A DNA stretch of 64,000 bases from Thermodesulfobacteriota bacterium (GCA_034722515.1 JAYEOA010000052.1:7653-71652), one strand, 5' to 3'; positions 35,054-45,373 are shown, counted from the first letter of the stretch. Notes: a model not told the origin generated them from the sequence alone. Numbers and translations: made by a program.

Positions 35054-36083
35054 GATTTTATTAGTTGTTATTTGTGCCACTGTATTGATTACGCTATTTA
35101 GTGGTGTTGTTTGGAGTGCCCGGCAAGCGACAGTTTTTGTGTATCATCGCTTTGGCGATGGACGGTATTCTTCGACCAATATTGATTTGCATATTTTTGA
35201 ACAACAATTGGCATATCTCAAGCTGAACAACTATACGGTGTTACCTGTTGGTGACATCGTTCAGCGTTTAAGTGAAGGAATTGCGTTGCCCGATCGTTGT
35301 GTGGCATTAACAGTTGATGATGGTTACACGACGTTTTTAACCGGAGCGATGCCGCTGTTGCGACAATATGGTTTTCCGGTTACGTTGTTTGTTAGTACCG
35401 ATGCGGTGGGTGGGGGAAGTTATCTTAATTGGGAACAATTGCGGCAATTGCAACAGGAGGGGGTTGAAATTGGCAATCATTCTGCGTCTCATCCCTATTT
35501 TGTCAGTGATGAGGTGAATAAACCTGAACGGTGGCTTGCTGAATCGATTGCCGACATAGAAAAAGCACAGCAAGCGTTTGCGCAACATCTGGGTTGTCGA
35601 CCCACCCTGTTCGCTTACCCGTATGGCGAATATTCCCCGGCAATGGAAATATTAATTGAAAATCTCGGTTTTGCTGCAGCTTTTGCGCAACAATCTGGTG
35701 TTATTAGCGCCGTTCGGTCATTTTACAGCTTGCCACGTTTCCCCATGGGAGGAGCGTTTGCTACATTGCAGGGTTTTAAAAGTAAACTGACTATGCGACC
35801 CATGCCAATCGTTGTACATCGTTCGACCAGTCCGATAGTCGGCGCTCACGATCCACCAGAATTGATATTTTCTCTGGATAATAATACCGATATTGCGATG
35901 AGTAGCTTACGCTGCTATGTACAGGGGCAGGATTCTGTAGCCGTTGAAGCTGATGGAGAGGGAAACTATAGAGTCGTAGCCGGTGCGCCGCTATCGGGTC
36001 GGCGCAATAAGTATACCCTCACCGCACAAAGCCGTGATGGGCGATTCTGGTACTGGTTTAGCCATCCGTGGATTCATCCGTGA
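35043..36083 (+). CDS. Polysaccharide deacetylase family protein (secreted or anchored)
   Basis: N-terminal TM/signal segment, LTVDDGY and HSASH motifs of NodB-type deacetylases. ATG 35043 overlaps the upstream gene by 11 nt. Confidence 0.8.
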   Translation: MDRRILLVVICATVLITLFSGVVWSARQATVFVYHRFGDGRYSSTNIDLHIFEQQLAYLKLNNYTVLPVGDIVQRLSEGIALPDRCVALTVDDGYTTFLTGAMPLLRQYGFPVTLFVSTDAVGGGSYLNWEQLRQLQQEGVEIGNHSASHPYFVSDEVNKPERWLAESIADIEKAQQAFAQHLGCRPTLFAYPYGEYSPAMEILIENLGFAAAFAQQSGVISAVRSFYSLPRFPMGGAFATLQGFKSKLTMRPMPIVVHRSTSPIVGAHDPPELIFSLDNNTDIAMSSLRCYVQGQDSVAVEADGEGNYRVVAGAPLSGRRNKYTLTAQSRDGRFWYWFSHPWIHP

Positions 36084-36121
36084 TGGGGCTTTTTTGTTAA
36101 GGGGATTGCGTGCCCATCACG
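36080..36121 (+). other. Hairpin that embeds the stop codon of the deacetylase gene; conserved loop shared with 33113-33152
   Basis: Stem GTGATGGG (36080-36087, containing TGA stop 36081-36083) / CCCATCAC (36113-36120). The loop carries TGTTAAGGGGATTGCGTG. Confidence 0.4.
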
Positions 36122-36241
36122 CTCCCGTAGTAACGCTGCGATGAAACAATGTTTTGTTGTCGCATTGATTTTCAGTTGGTGATGGGGTAGATTTACGGCT
36201 GCACAATGTTGAGGCTTGAATGTGGAACGTTGGAGGGTGCT

Positions 36242-37312
36242 ATGTCGGATGAATTAAAACCGTTACGGGAAAAAATAGATGCTGTTGATGGGCAGATTTT
36301 ATCTCTTCTTAATGAGCGAGCGCGGGTGGTCATTGAGGTCGGCAAGAGTAAAAAGGATAATAAAAAAACGTTTTATGTACCCAGCCGGGAACAGGCTATT
36401 TACGAACGTCTGAGGAATAACAGTAGCGGCCCTTTTCCTGTTGATGCTATTCAGCGCGTGTTTCGCGAGATTATTTCAGCTTCACTTTCTCTGGAACAGC
36501 CGATGAAAGTAGCTTTTCTTGGTCCTCAGGCAACCTTTACCCATGTGGCGGCGATGCAGCAGTTTGGTTTGTCTGCTCTGTTAGTTCCTCAAAAAAGTAT
36601 CCCGGCCGTGTTTGAAGAGGTGGATCGAGGTCGCGCCCAATACGGGGTTGTCCCGGTTGAAAACTCCAATGAGGGGGTGGTTACTCATACTCTCGATATG
36701 TTTATGGAGTCAGAATTGACGATTAATGCAGAAATTTTTCAGGAGATTTCCCACGATTTGCTATCTATTTCTGCGCGTATGGTCGATATTGAGCGTATTT
36801 ATTCCCATCCGCAAGCGTTGGCACAGTGTCGCAATTGGTTAGAAGAAAATTTGCCCGATGTACCATTAATCGATGTTGCCAGTACCGCCGCCGCTGCGCA
36901 ATTAGCTGCCGGGGATCGCAATGCTGCCGCTATCGCCAGCGCTATGGCGGGGGCACAGTACGATCTGCGTCAAGTGAAGGCTAATATCGCTGATAATTCA
37001 AGTAATTTTACTCGATTTTTGGTGATTAGCAGGCAGTTTCCCGAACCGGGTGAGCGGGATAAGACCAGCATCATGTTTTGTATTAAAGATGAGCCGGGAA
37101 TTTTATTGCGTATGCTGGAACCATTTAGTAAGCGCGGCATAAACCTGTCTAAAATAGAAAGTCGTCCCTTAAAAAAACGGGCATGGGAGTATATTTTCTT
37201 TCTTGATGTTGAGGGACACATCGAAAACGATAATGTCCATGATGCAGTTGAGGAGCTTGCCAACTATTGCCAATTTATTAAAGTATTGGGTTCATACCCA
37301 AAGACTATTTGA
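36242..37312 (+). CDS. pheA: Bifunctional chorismate mutase / prephenate dehydratase (P-protein)
   Basis: CM segment LREKIDAVDGQILSLLNERA, PDT segment GPQATFTH, and ACT segment with SKIESRPLK. Confidence 0.92.
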   Translation: MSDELKPLREKIDAVDGQILSLLNERARVVIEVGKSKKDNKKTFYVPSREQAIYERLRNNSSGPFPVDAIQRVFREIISASLSLEQPMKVAFLGPQATFTHVAAMQQFGLSALLVPQKSIPAVFEEVDRGRAQYGVVPVENSNEGVVTHTLDMFMESELTINAEIFQEISHDLLSISARMVDIERIYSHPQALAQCRNWLEENLPDVPLIDVASTAAAAQLAAGDRNAAAIASAMAGAQYDLRQVKANIADNSSNFTRFLVISRQFPEPGERDKTSIMFCIKDEPGILLRMLEPFSKRGINLSKIESRPLKKRAWEYIFFLDVEGHIENDNVHDAVEELANYCQFIKVLGSYPKTI

Positions 37313-37321
37313 GCCTGTGAT

Positions 37322-38212
37322 ATGTGTGGTGTGATCCTGAAAAAACTTGCGATTGTTGGTGTTGGCTTGATCGGTGGTTCATTGGCTCTGGCGTTGAAAA
37401 AGGCAGGAGTCGTTCGCACGGTTTCGGGGTGGGACGCCGATGGTGAAAATCTTAAATTGGCCGGTCAATTAGGTGTTGTCGATGTGGTAGCCGATTGCGT
37501 GGCAGAGGCTGTAAAGGATGCCGACCTCGTTGTTCTGGCTGTTCCGGTTGGTAGTATGTTGCTTGCCGCACAGGCTGTGCTGCCACATATGCAAGCAGGT
37601 GCGGTGCTTAGCGATACCGGCAGTGTCAAGCAGAGCGTTGTTGAAGAGGTAGAATCCCTGGCGCAACAGGCGGGAGTTTATTTTGTCGGTGGTCATCCCA
37701 TCTCGGGAACTGAACGTAGCGGCGCCGGAGCAGCTTTTGCGCAATTGTATCGGGGCAAGCGTTGTATCCTCACGCCCACATCGGTTACCGATGCCCGGGC
37801 GTTAGCGCTGGTAGAACAGGTGTGGCAAGCGGCAGGTAGTGTTGTGGTCATGATGGATGTTGTTAAGCATGATCGAATTCTAGCCGCAATTAGTCATCTG
37901 CCACATATGATCGCCTATTCCCTGGTTAATTCCGTTAGTTCTTATGATCGTTATTCTGAAAATATTCTCGACTTCTCGGCGGGCGGATTTCGTGATTTTA
38001 CCCGAATCGCCTCGTCTGATCCAGTTATGTGGCGTGATATTGCCCTGAGTAATCGTGAATCACTCCTGGAGATGATCACCCAGTTTGAACAGTTTTTAGC
38101 TGAATTAAAACAAGATATAGCCAGCTGTGATGAGGCTCGGCTATTTGAGTTTTTTCATCGTTCCAAGATCAGTCGAGATGCTATTTTGCCACCGCCACAA
38201 AAGGATCATTAA
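37322..38212 (+). CDS. tyrA: Prephenate dehydrogenase
   Basis: VGVGLIGGSLALAL, DTGSVK, GGHPISG. Confidence 0.88.
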   Translation: MCGVILKKLAIVGVGLIGGSLALALKKAGVVRTVSGWDADGENLKLAGQLGVVDVVADCVAEAVKDADLVVLAVPVGSMLLAAQAVLPHMQAGAVLSDTGSVKQSVVEEVESLAQQAGVYFVGGHPISGTERSGAGAAFAQLYRGKRCILTPTSVTDARALALVEQVWQAAGSVVVMMDVVKHDRILAAISHLPHMIAYSLVNSVSSYDRYSENILDFSAGGFRDFTRIASSDPVMWRDIALSNRESLLEMITQFEQFLAELKQDIASCDEARLFEFFHRSKISRDAILPPPQKDH

Positions 38213-39508
38213 ATGACGATGCAGACGCAAAGCATAACCGCTAGTCAAGGGCTGCGGGGGGAGATCACTGTTCCCGGAGATAAATCGATTTCACATCGTT
38301 CCATTATGTTTGGTTCCCTTGCACAGGGGAAAACCCATGTATGTGGTTTTTTACAGGGTGAAGATAACCTTTCCACCTTGAATGCATTTCAGGCGATGGG
38401 GGTAAGCATTGATCAACATGAAAATGGTGAACTAACGATTCATGGCTGTGGCTTGCACGGCTTGCAGGAACCTGATGATGTGTTGGATTGTGGCAACTCA
38501 GGTACAACGATCCGTTTGATGTCGGGATTGTTGGCCGGGCAAGAGTTTTTTTCTGTGCTGACGGGTGATCAGTATTTACGTAAACGCCCCATGGGACGGG
38601 TGGTTAATCCCCTGGCCCAAATGGGAGCGCAAATATGGGGTCGTGAGCAGGGGCAGTGCGCTCCGCTGGCGATTCATGGTCAACGCCTGAGCGCTATAGA
38701 TTACACCTCGCCTGTGGCTAGTGCTCAGGTGAAATCAGCCATTATGCTGGCTGGTTTGTATGCCGACGGCGTGACCACTGTTAATGAACCTCATTTGTCC
38801 CGTGATCACTCTGAGCGTATGCTGCGTCACTTTGGTGTTGATGTGATCTCATTTTCCGGTGGGGCATCCATTGCCGGTGGACAGGGGTTGATTGCGCGAG
38901 ATCTCACGGTTCCCGGTGATATTTCATCGGCGGCTTTTTTTATGGTTGCCGCATTAGTTGTACCGGGATCCGAGTTGTTGATTCGCAATGTGGGGATCAA
39001 TCCCAGTCGGTCAGGGATTATTGACATCCTGCAGGCGATGAACGGATCGCTGGAGTTGCTGGAGATGCGTGAGATGGCTGGCGAGCCCGTTGCTGATGTG
39101 CTGGTGAAGAGCAGTGATCTCAGGGGCATTGATATCGGTGGTGAATTGATACCCCGTGCTATTGACGAGCTTCCTGTTGTCAGCATTGCTGCTGCTTGCG
39201 CCGCGGGAACTACACGTATTCGTGACGCACATGAGTTACGCGTTAAGGAGACGGATCGAATTGCGGCTATGGCCGAGGTGCTGCAGGTGTTGGGTGTTCA
39301 AGTTAAAATCCATGAAGATGGGATGACCATTGATGGTTGCGAACAACTATCCGGTGGCAGGGTGAACTCATGTGGTGATCATCGTATTGCTATGAGTTCT
39401 GCCATTGCTGCATTACGTGCCAATCGGTCTGTTACTATTGACGATACCTTGTGTACTGCCACATCTTTTCCCAATTTTTGGGAGCTGATTGAGCAACTTC
39501 GACACTAA
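38213..39508 (+). CDS. aroA: 3-phosphoshikimate 1-carboxyvinyltransferase (EPSP synthase)
   Basis: PGDKSISHR, GNSGTTIRLMSGLL, LRVKETDRI, DHRIAMS. Confidence 0.95.
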   Translation: MTMQTQSITASQGLRGEITVPGDKSISHRSIMFGSLAQGKTHVCGFLQGEDNLSTLNAFQAMGVSIDQHENGELTIHGCGLHGLQEPDDVLDCGNSGTTIRLMSGLLAGQEFFSVLTGDQYLRKRPMGRVVNPLAQMGAQIWGREQGQCAPLAIHGQRLSAIDYTSPVASAQVKSAIMLAGLYADGVTTVNEPHLSRDHSERMLRHFGVDVISFSGGASIAGGQGLIARDLTVPGDISSAAFFMVAALVVPGSELLIRNVGINPSRSGIIDILQAMNGSLELLEMREMAGEPVADVLVKSSDLRGIDIGGELIPRAIDELPVVSIAAACAAGTTRIRDAHELRVKETDRIAAMAEVLQVLGVQVKIHEDGMTIDGCEQLSGGRVNSCGDHRIAMSSAIAALRANRSVTIDDTLCTATSFPNFWELIEQLRH

Positions 39509-39535
39509 TTTTTTACGAGACTGTTATTTAATTTT

Positions 39536-40231
39536 ATGCAAAAAAAAATTATTATTGCCATTGATGGTCCTTGCAGTGCGGGCAAAAGTACCATCAGCCG
39601 TCTTTTGTCTGAGCGCTTGAATTATATCAATATTGATACCGGAGCCATGTATCGAGCGGTGGCGTTAGCCATTCGTCGTGCCGGTGTTGATCTTGAGGAT
39701 AGTGCGACTATTGCGAAGTTGTGTTGCCAGTTGGATATTCATTTTAAGCGCAGTGAAGATGTCGTTTATGGGGAAACAGTGTGGCTCGGAGATGAGGATA
39801 TCTCGGAACTGATCCGTACTCCCGAGATGAGTTTACTGACATCAAAAGCCGCTGCCTGTGCTGAGGTTCGTTCATGTTTGCTCGATTTACAGCGTGAAAT
39901 GGGAGCAGATGGCGGTGTGGTTCTCGAAGGTCGCGATATTGGTAGCGTGGTATTTCCCGATGCACAAGTGAAGTTTTATTTGCGTGCCAGTGCGCAGGCG
40001 CGTGGGAAACGGCGCTATGAAGAGCTGAAGTTGAATGGGGAGGATGTTACCCTGGAGCAGACCATTGCCGAGGTTGAACAACGTGATACTGCTGACAGTG
40101 GTCGTGAACATGCACCATTGATGCAAGCTGCTGATGCTGTGGTGATCGATTCTACGTTGATGTCTATTGAGCAGGTTCTTGACAAGATGTTGGCGGTGGT
40201 CAATGAACGACTTGATGGCTGTGCTGTTTAA
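39536..40231 (+). CDS. cmk: Cytidylate kinase
   Basis: IAIDGPCSAGKSTIS, DTGAMYR, EGRDIGSVVFP. Confidence 0.93.
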   Translation: MQKKIIIAIDGPCSAGKSTISRLLSERLNYINIDTGAMYRAVALAIRRAGVDLEDSATIAKLCCQLDIHFKRSEDVVYGETVWLGDEDISELIRTPEMSLLTSKAAACAEVRSCLLDLQREMGADGGVVLEGRDIGSVVFPDAQVKFYLRASAQARGKRRYEELKLNGEDVTLEQTIAEVEQRDTADSGREHAPLMQAADAVVIDSTLMSIEQVLDKMLAVVNERLDGCAV

Positions 40232-40243
40232 TAGGATTGATAG

Positions 40244-41083
40244 ATGAATATTGTTCTCGCAAAAAGTGCCGGTTTTTGTTTTGGAGTGAAGCGTGCAGTT
40301 AATATGGCTTTTAAGGCCGCCGAGAACTCGGAGCATATTTGTTCGCTTGGCCCGCTGATTCATTCACCACAGATGGTGAAAAAATTGGAAAACGAAGGGG
40401 TGCGGGTGGTTAATTCAGTTACTGATATGAGCGATGAAACAGTTATTATTCGTTCTCATGGTATCACTCGCAGCGAAGAAGAAACATTGATTAAACAGCA
40501 ATCAACTGTGGTTGACGCAACTTGTCCATTCGTAAAAAAAGCACAACAGTATGCAGCACTCCTTGGAAATGGTGGCTATGCCGTTGTTATTGTCGGCGAA
40601 CAGGAGCATCCGGAAGTGCAGGGGATTGTTTCATATGCTGGCGATGCCCAGACCTGGGTCGTTGCCGATGTCGAGGAGGCTGCTAATATTCGGGCACAGG
40701 GTAAAATTGGTCTGGTAGCTCAGACAACACAGTCGTTTGAGAATTTTAGCGAAATAGCTGTTATGTTACTGAAAAAAAGTAAAGAGCTGCGGGTGTTCAA
40801 TACGATCTGTGATGCCACTGTTGTTCGTCAGGATGAGGCACGGACGATTGCCGGTCAGGTAGAGTTGATGTTAGTGATCGGCGGGCGCAATAGTGCCAAT
40901 ACAACCAGATTGGCTCAAATTTGTGCTGAGATTCAACCTAAAACGCATCATATAGAAACTCGCAGTGACATTGATCATGATTGGGTTACCGGGGTATCTG
41001 CTATTGGAATTACCGCCGGTGCTTCAACTCCTGAGTGGATTGTGTGCGAAGTGATGGAAAAACTGCATGAAATTGCAAAATAA
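40244..41083 (+). CDS. ispH: 4-hydroxy-3-methylbut-2-enyl diphosphate reductase
   Basis: GFCFGVKRAV, ATCPFV, NTICDAT, SANTTRL. Confidence 0.93.
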   Translation: MNIVLAKSAGFCFGVKRAVNMAFKAAENSEHICSLGPLIHSPQMVKKLENEGVRVVNSVTDMSDETVIIRSHGITRSEEETLIKQQSTVVDATCPFVKKAQQYAALLGNGGYAVVIVGEQEHPEVQGIVSYAGDAQTWVVADVEEAANIRAQGKIGLVAQTTQSFENFSEIAVMLLKKSKELRVFNTICDATVVRQDEARTIAGQVELMLVIGGRNSANTTRLAQICAEIQPKTHHIETRSDIDHDWVTGVSAIGITAGASTPEWIVCEVMEKLHEIAK

Positions 41084-41187
41084 TTATTTGTTTTTTTTTG
41101 CGTGTGTGCTAGGTTCTGCTCCACAGCCAGCGTGGACTGTGAGCGTCTTAAGTGAGAGACGTAAATTCTTAGGGGGTATTTGGGTTA

Positions 41188-42948
41188 ATGTCTGAAAACA
41201 ATGAAACAAGTAACACTGATGAGCTCGACGTGATGGATGAAGAACTAGATTTGATGAATGATGAGTTCGGTGGCGAGTTTGACGAAGATTTAGGTGAAGA
41301 AAGCTTTGCAGAGATGTTTGAAAACAGCGTACAAGGAAACTTGGCTGTTGGAGACGTTGTCGAAGGGACCGTCGTTCAGGTCAATCCTGATTCGGTAATT
41401 GTCGATGTTGGCTATAAGTCGGAAGGCGTTATTCCGCTGGCAGAATTCGCTGTAGATGGCACACCTGCTGTACTGAATGTTGGTGATAAAATTGATGTTC
41501 TGTTCGAGCGTGCAGAAAACGAAAGTGGTCTGATCGGGCTTTCTAAAGAAAAAGCAGATCGTCAGAAAGTCTGGAATGCGTTGGAGGAGGATGCGGTTGT
41601 TGAAGGTCGTATCGTTTCACGCATTAAGGGTGGACTTTCCGTTGATATCGGTGTAAATGCGTTTTTACCTGGTTCGCAGGTTGACTTGCGACCGGTACGT
41701 AATCTTGACAAGCTTATTGGTGAAACCTTTGAGTTTAAGATTATTAAGATGAATAAACGTCGTGGTAACATTGTCTTATCCCGTCGTGTATTGCTTGAGA
41801 ACGAGCGTGAAAGTCAACGTGCTGAAACACTGAAAACGCTGGAAGAGAATCAGATTATTGAAGGTGTAGTTAAAAACTTGACCGATTACGGTGCCTTTAT
41901 CGATCTTGGTGGTATTGATGGTCTGTTGCATATAACTGATATGTCATGGGGGCGTGTTTCACACCCTTCAGATATTTTAGCTGTTGGTGATAACATCAGC
42001 GTTAAGGTACTCAAGTTTGATCGCGAAAAAGAGCGTGTCAGCTTAGGTCTGAAACAAATCACTCCCGATCCTTGGTTGAGTGTCCAAGATAAATATCCAG
42101 TTAAGGATCGTGTTACCGGTAAAGTTGTTAGTTTGACCGATTATGGTGCCTTTATCGAACTTGAAGAGGGTGTCGAAGGTTTGATTCATGTTTCAGAGAT
42201 GAGCTGGATCAAACGTATTAAGCATCCGAACAAGATTCTTTCCATCGGTGACGAAGTAGAAACCGTTGTATTGGCGATGGATACAGATAATCGGCGTATT
42301 TCTCTGGGGCTGAAGCAGATTGAGCCTAACCCTTGGGACGTTATTGGCGACAAGTTCCCGGCTGGAACAATTATCGAAGGTCAAGTGAAGAACATCACTG
42401 ACTTTGGTATCTTTGTCGGTGTTGATGAAGGTATTGACGGTTTGGTGCATATCTCTGATCTGTCATGGACTAAGCGGGTTAAGCATCCTTCTGAATTGTA
42501 TAAAAAGGGTGATCTGGTTAAGGCTGTTGTGCTTAACATTGACCGTGATAACGAGCGCTTCTCCCTTGGCGTTAAGCAATTAAGCCAAGATCCTTGGAAA
42601 ATTATCCCTGAGCAATACGCACCGGGTACCATCATTCGCGGTAAGGTAACATCCGTAACTGAGTTCGGTATTTTCCTCGAAGTTGAGGAAGGTATTGAAG
42701 GCTTGATCCATGTGTCAGAAATCAGCAAGGAAAAGGTCGATTCTCCAAAAGATTTTGCTAAGGTTAACGATGAGCTCGAAGCTGTTGTTCTCCATGTTGA
42801 TACCAATGAGCACAAGATTGCTCTGTCGATCAAGCACTTGTCTGATCGTAAAGAGAAGGCAGAAGTAGATGCCTTTATGGGTGCTCAAAAGAAGGCAACA
42901 TCCAGCTTGGGTGATCTACTTCAAGGTGCATTTAATAATAAAGACTAA
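41188..42948 (+). CDS. rpsA: 30S ribosomal protein S1
   Basis: Six S1 repeats (G.V....DYGAFI.L.....GLLHISE-type units) after an acidic N-terminal extension. Confidence 0.95.
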   Translation: MSENNETSNTDELDVMDEELDLMNDEFGGEFDEDLGEESFAEMFENSVQGNLAVGDVVEGTVVQVNPDSVIVDVGYKSEGVIPLAEFAVDGTPAVLNVGDKIDVLFERAENESGLIGLSKEKADRQKVWNALEEDAVVEGRIVSRIKGGLSVDIGVNAFLPGSQVDLRPVRNLDKLIGETFEFKIIKMNKRRGNIVLSRRVLLENERESQRAETLKTLEENQIIEGVVKNLTDYGAFIDLGGIDGLLHITDMSWGRVSHPSDILAVGDNISVKVLKFDREKERVSLGLKQITPDPWLSVQDKYPVKDRVTGKVVSLTDYGAFIELEEGVEGLIHVSEMSWIKRIKHPNKILSIGDEVETVVLAMDTDNRRISLGLKQIEPNPWDVIGDKFPAGTIIEGQVKNITDFGIFVGVDEGIDGLVHISDLSWTKRVKHPSELYKKGDLVKAVVLNIDRDNERFSLGVKQLSQDPWKIIPEQYAPGTIIRGKVTSVTEFGIFLEVEEGIEGLIHVSEISKEKVDSPKDFAKVNDELEAVVLHVDTNEHKIALSIKHLSDRKEKAEVDAFMGAQKKATSSLGDLLQGAFNNKD

Positions 42949-42967
42949 ATAGTGTTTTATTCTCTTA

Positions 42968-43000
42968 AGCCCCTGTTGCATTTGTAGCAGGGGCTTTTTT
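42968..43000 (+). terminator. Rho-independent terminator after rpsA
   Basis: AGCCCCTG (42968-42975) / CAGGGGCT (42988-42995) followed by TTTTT. Confidence 0.8.
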
Positions 43001-43012
43001 GTCAGGTTTGTG

Positions 43013-43903
43013 ATGAAAAAACGATCATTTGTAATAGCTTCTGTAGTGCTGCTGGTTATTTTTGCTATTTTTGCATGTTTAGTAGCATTCCCACCTTTTT
43101 TTAAGGGTGCTGGTAAACCATTTTCCATTGGTAAAAAGGTAGGTGTTATCGAGATCCTCGGTGCCATTACCAAGTCACGAACAATAATCGAAGATTTACA
43201 TAAATTTTGTGAAGATGGTTCGATTAAAGCAATTGTTTTACGTATCGATTCTCCGGGTGGCGGCGTTGGACCATCACAGGAGATCCATGCCGAAGTGATT
43301 AAAGCGGCTCAGCAAAAACCGGTTATTGTTTCAATGGGGTCTGTTGCCGCATCAGGAGGTTATTATATTGCGGCACCGGCAAATAAAATTTTTGCTAACC
43401 CGGGGACTATTACCGGAAGTCTTGGTGTCATAATGAAATTCACTAATGTTTTACACTTGATGGATAAAATTGGGCTTAAAACAAGTGTAGTTAAAAGTGG
43501 TATTCATAAAGATATTGGTTCGTCGGTGCGAGAAATGACTCAGAAAGAAAAGGCTTTATTACAGGGCTTGATTGACGATGTCCATTCACAATTTGTTGAA
43601 GCGGTGAGTGTGGATAGAAAAATTGCCGAAGATCAGGTGCGAAAACTAGCTGATGGGCGTATTTTTACCGGTCGGCAAGCGTTGAAGTACGGATTGTTGG
43701 ATGAATTGGGTGGTTTGCAAGCCGCTATTGATGAAGCAGGGCGGCAGGGTGGTATTGTTGGTAAACCCAAGGTTGTTTACCCCGCCGAGCCATCCGTAAA
43801 TATAATTGATTATTTTATTGGCAAAACGGTGTCACAGGTACGCCAGCAACTAACCTACGATCAAGCTGTGGGTTTGCAGTTATTGTGGTCGCCAGCCATC
43901 TAA
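43013..43903 (+). CDS. sppA: Signal peptide peptidase SppA, 36K type
   Basis: N-terminal TM helix, IDSPGG, and the S49 serine region SMGSVAASGGYYIA. Confidence 0.88.
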   Translation: MKKRSFVIASVVLLVIFAIFACLVAFPPFFKGAGKPFSIGKKVGVIEILGAITKSRTIIEDLHKFCEDGSIKAIVLRIDSPGGGVGPSQEIHAEVIKAAQQKPVIVSMGSVAASGGYYIAAPANKIFANPGTITGSLGVIMKFTNVLHLMDKIGLKTSVVKSGIHKDIGSSVREMTQKEKALLQGLIDDVHSQFVEAVSVDRKIAEDQVRKLADGRIFTGRQALKYGLLDELGGLQAAIDEAGRQGGIVGKPKVVYPAEPSVNIIDYFIGKTVSQVRQQLTYDQAVGLQLLWSPAI

Positions 43904-43935
43904 TTTATATTCGAGACCATCAAAGGTATTTAAAT

Positions 43936-44217
43936 ATGACAAAAAGTCAGTTGATTGAAAAGCTAATCGATGCTGGGTCAGAACTGAACAAAAAAGAGTC
44001 AGAACTGATTGTTAACACTATTTTTGACAGCTTGAGCAGTGCGTTGGTTCGAGGTGATAGGGTTGAAATTCGTGGTTTTGGTTCATTTTCGATCCGTGAG
44101 CGCGATGCTCGCCAAGCCCGCAACCCAAAGAGTGGTAATTTGATTGATATACCATCAAAGAAAACCCCCTTTTTTAAAACTGGTAAGCAATTGCGTGAAC
44201 GCGTAGATGCCTGCTAG
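43936..44217 (+). CDS. ihfB: Integration host factor beta subunit / HU-family DNA-binding protein
   Basis: MTKSQLIEKL...RGFGSFSIRERDARQARNPKSG..IDIPSKKTPFFKTGKQLRE. Conserved rpsA-(sppA)-ihfB context. Confidence 0.88.
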   Translation: MTKSQLIEKLIDAGSELNKKESELIVNTIFDSLSSALVRGDRVEIRGFGSFSIRERDARQARNPKSGNLIDIPSKKTPFFKTGKQLRERVDAC

Positions 44218-44281
44218 GTCTCTTGATAAAGGGGACTTTTTTCGTTTTAGTCATCTTATGTAGTTTTTTCGAGATCTTCGG

Positions 44282-45271
44282 ATGATGGAAATTAATAAAC
44301 AAAGAAAACGTGTTATCCGGCTTGAGTTGTCGGTTGCTGGTGATCGATTGGATCAGGAACTTAGCGATCATTGTCCTGAGTTGTCGCGCACATTAAGCCG
44401 TAAGCTTATCGATGTTGGCGGTGTTCACCTTAATGGTCGGCGGGTGCGAAAATGTAGTTTGTCGACTAAAGCTGGTGACAATGTTGAGATTTTTATCGAT
44501 GGTTTTCCATTAAAGCATTACCGTATTCGTGAACAGGATGTTATTTTACAAGATGATTATATTATTGTTATAAATAAACCGCCACTTATTGAATCACAAC
44601 CAACACCTGCCCGATATAAGGGGACTCTCTACGAAGCGTTATTATTGTGGTTACAAAACCCATATCGTCCGCACCATAAGCCGACCATTGGAATGGTGCA
44701 ACGACTTGATCGTGATACATCAGGAGTGATGATTTTTTCGAGCCATTGTCGATCCCACAAGGCGTTGACTGCCTCATTTACTCAACGTGAAGCTAAGAAA
44801 AAATATCTTGCTTTGATCAGTGGACATTTGCTGCACAGTGATGGAGAGTTTTCGTCTACCCTTGCTCGAAATAGAGCGACAAACAAAATGAAGTCCGTTG
44901 AAAAAGGGGGGAAGCTGGCGATAACCCGTTTTCGGTGCATTCATCAATTTGAGACTTGTACCTTGGTAGAAGTTGATATCCCTACTGGACGTATGCACCA
45001 AATTCGAGTTCATTTTTCTGAAGCAGGGCATCCTCTTGTAGGAGATGTACGTTATGGCTATTTGCCTAGTACTGTTGGCGCTCCAGTTCACCGTACAATG
45101 TTACATTCATGGACGCTGGAATGTAGCCACCCCGTTACCAAAAAAACGCTATGTGTTAGCGCTCCCGTCGCATACGATTTTCAACAGCTTCTTACTTTTC
45201 TAGGAGGTTGTCCGATAATAGGAGGCGTAGCGAGAAATCGGCTGGACGAGGGCAGTTTTTCGCAGATTTGA
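44282..45271 (+). CDS. RluA/RluD-family pseudouridine synthase; last ~24 codons lie inside a palindromic repeat
   Basis: S4-like N-terminus, catalytic VQRLDRDTSGVMIF, HQIRVH. The C-terminal tail GGCPIIGGVARNRLDEGSFSQI is encoded by the repeat at 45200-45367. Confidence 0.85.
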   Translation: MMEINKQRKRVIRLELSVAGDRLDQELSDHCPELSRTLSRKLIDVGGVHLNGRRVRKCSLSTKAGDNVEIFIDGFPLKHYRIREQDVILQDDYIIVINKPPLIESQPTPARYKGTLYEALLLWLQNPYRPHHKPTIGMVQRLDRDTSGVMIFSSHCRSHKALTASFTQREAKKKYLALISGHLLHSDGEFSSTLARNRATNKMKSVEKGGKLAITRFRCIHQFETCTLVEVDIPTGRMHQIRVHFSEAGHPLVGDVRYGYLPSTVGAPVHRTMLHSWTLECSHPVTKKTLCVSAPVAYDFQQLLTFLGGCPIIGGVARNRLDEGSFSQI

Positions 45272-45367
45272 GAGTGAATAGCTCCGCTATTTGTCGAAAA
45301 TATGCGGAAAAATGAACCGTTCAGACGGTTTCGCAGTAGTCTTTTCTGTTGTTGGACAGCCTCCTAG
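45200..45367. repeat. 168-bp imperfect palindromic element (MITE/ERIC-like)
   Basis: Arms CTAGGAGGTTGTCC... (45200-) and ...GGACAGCCTCCTAG (-45367) are reverse complements. About 43 of the outer 61 arm positions pair (hand count), and the apex is AATAGC tcc GCTATT at 45277-45291. The right arm matches 11892-11944. Confidence 0.7.
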
Positions 45368-45373
45368 GATGGC

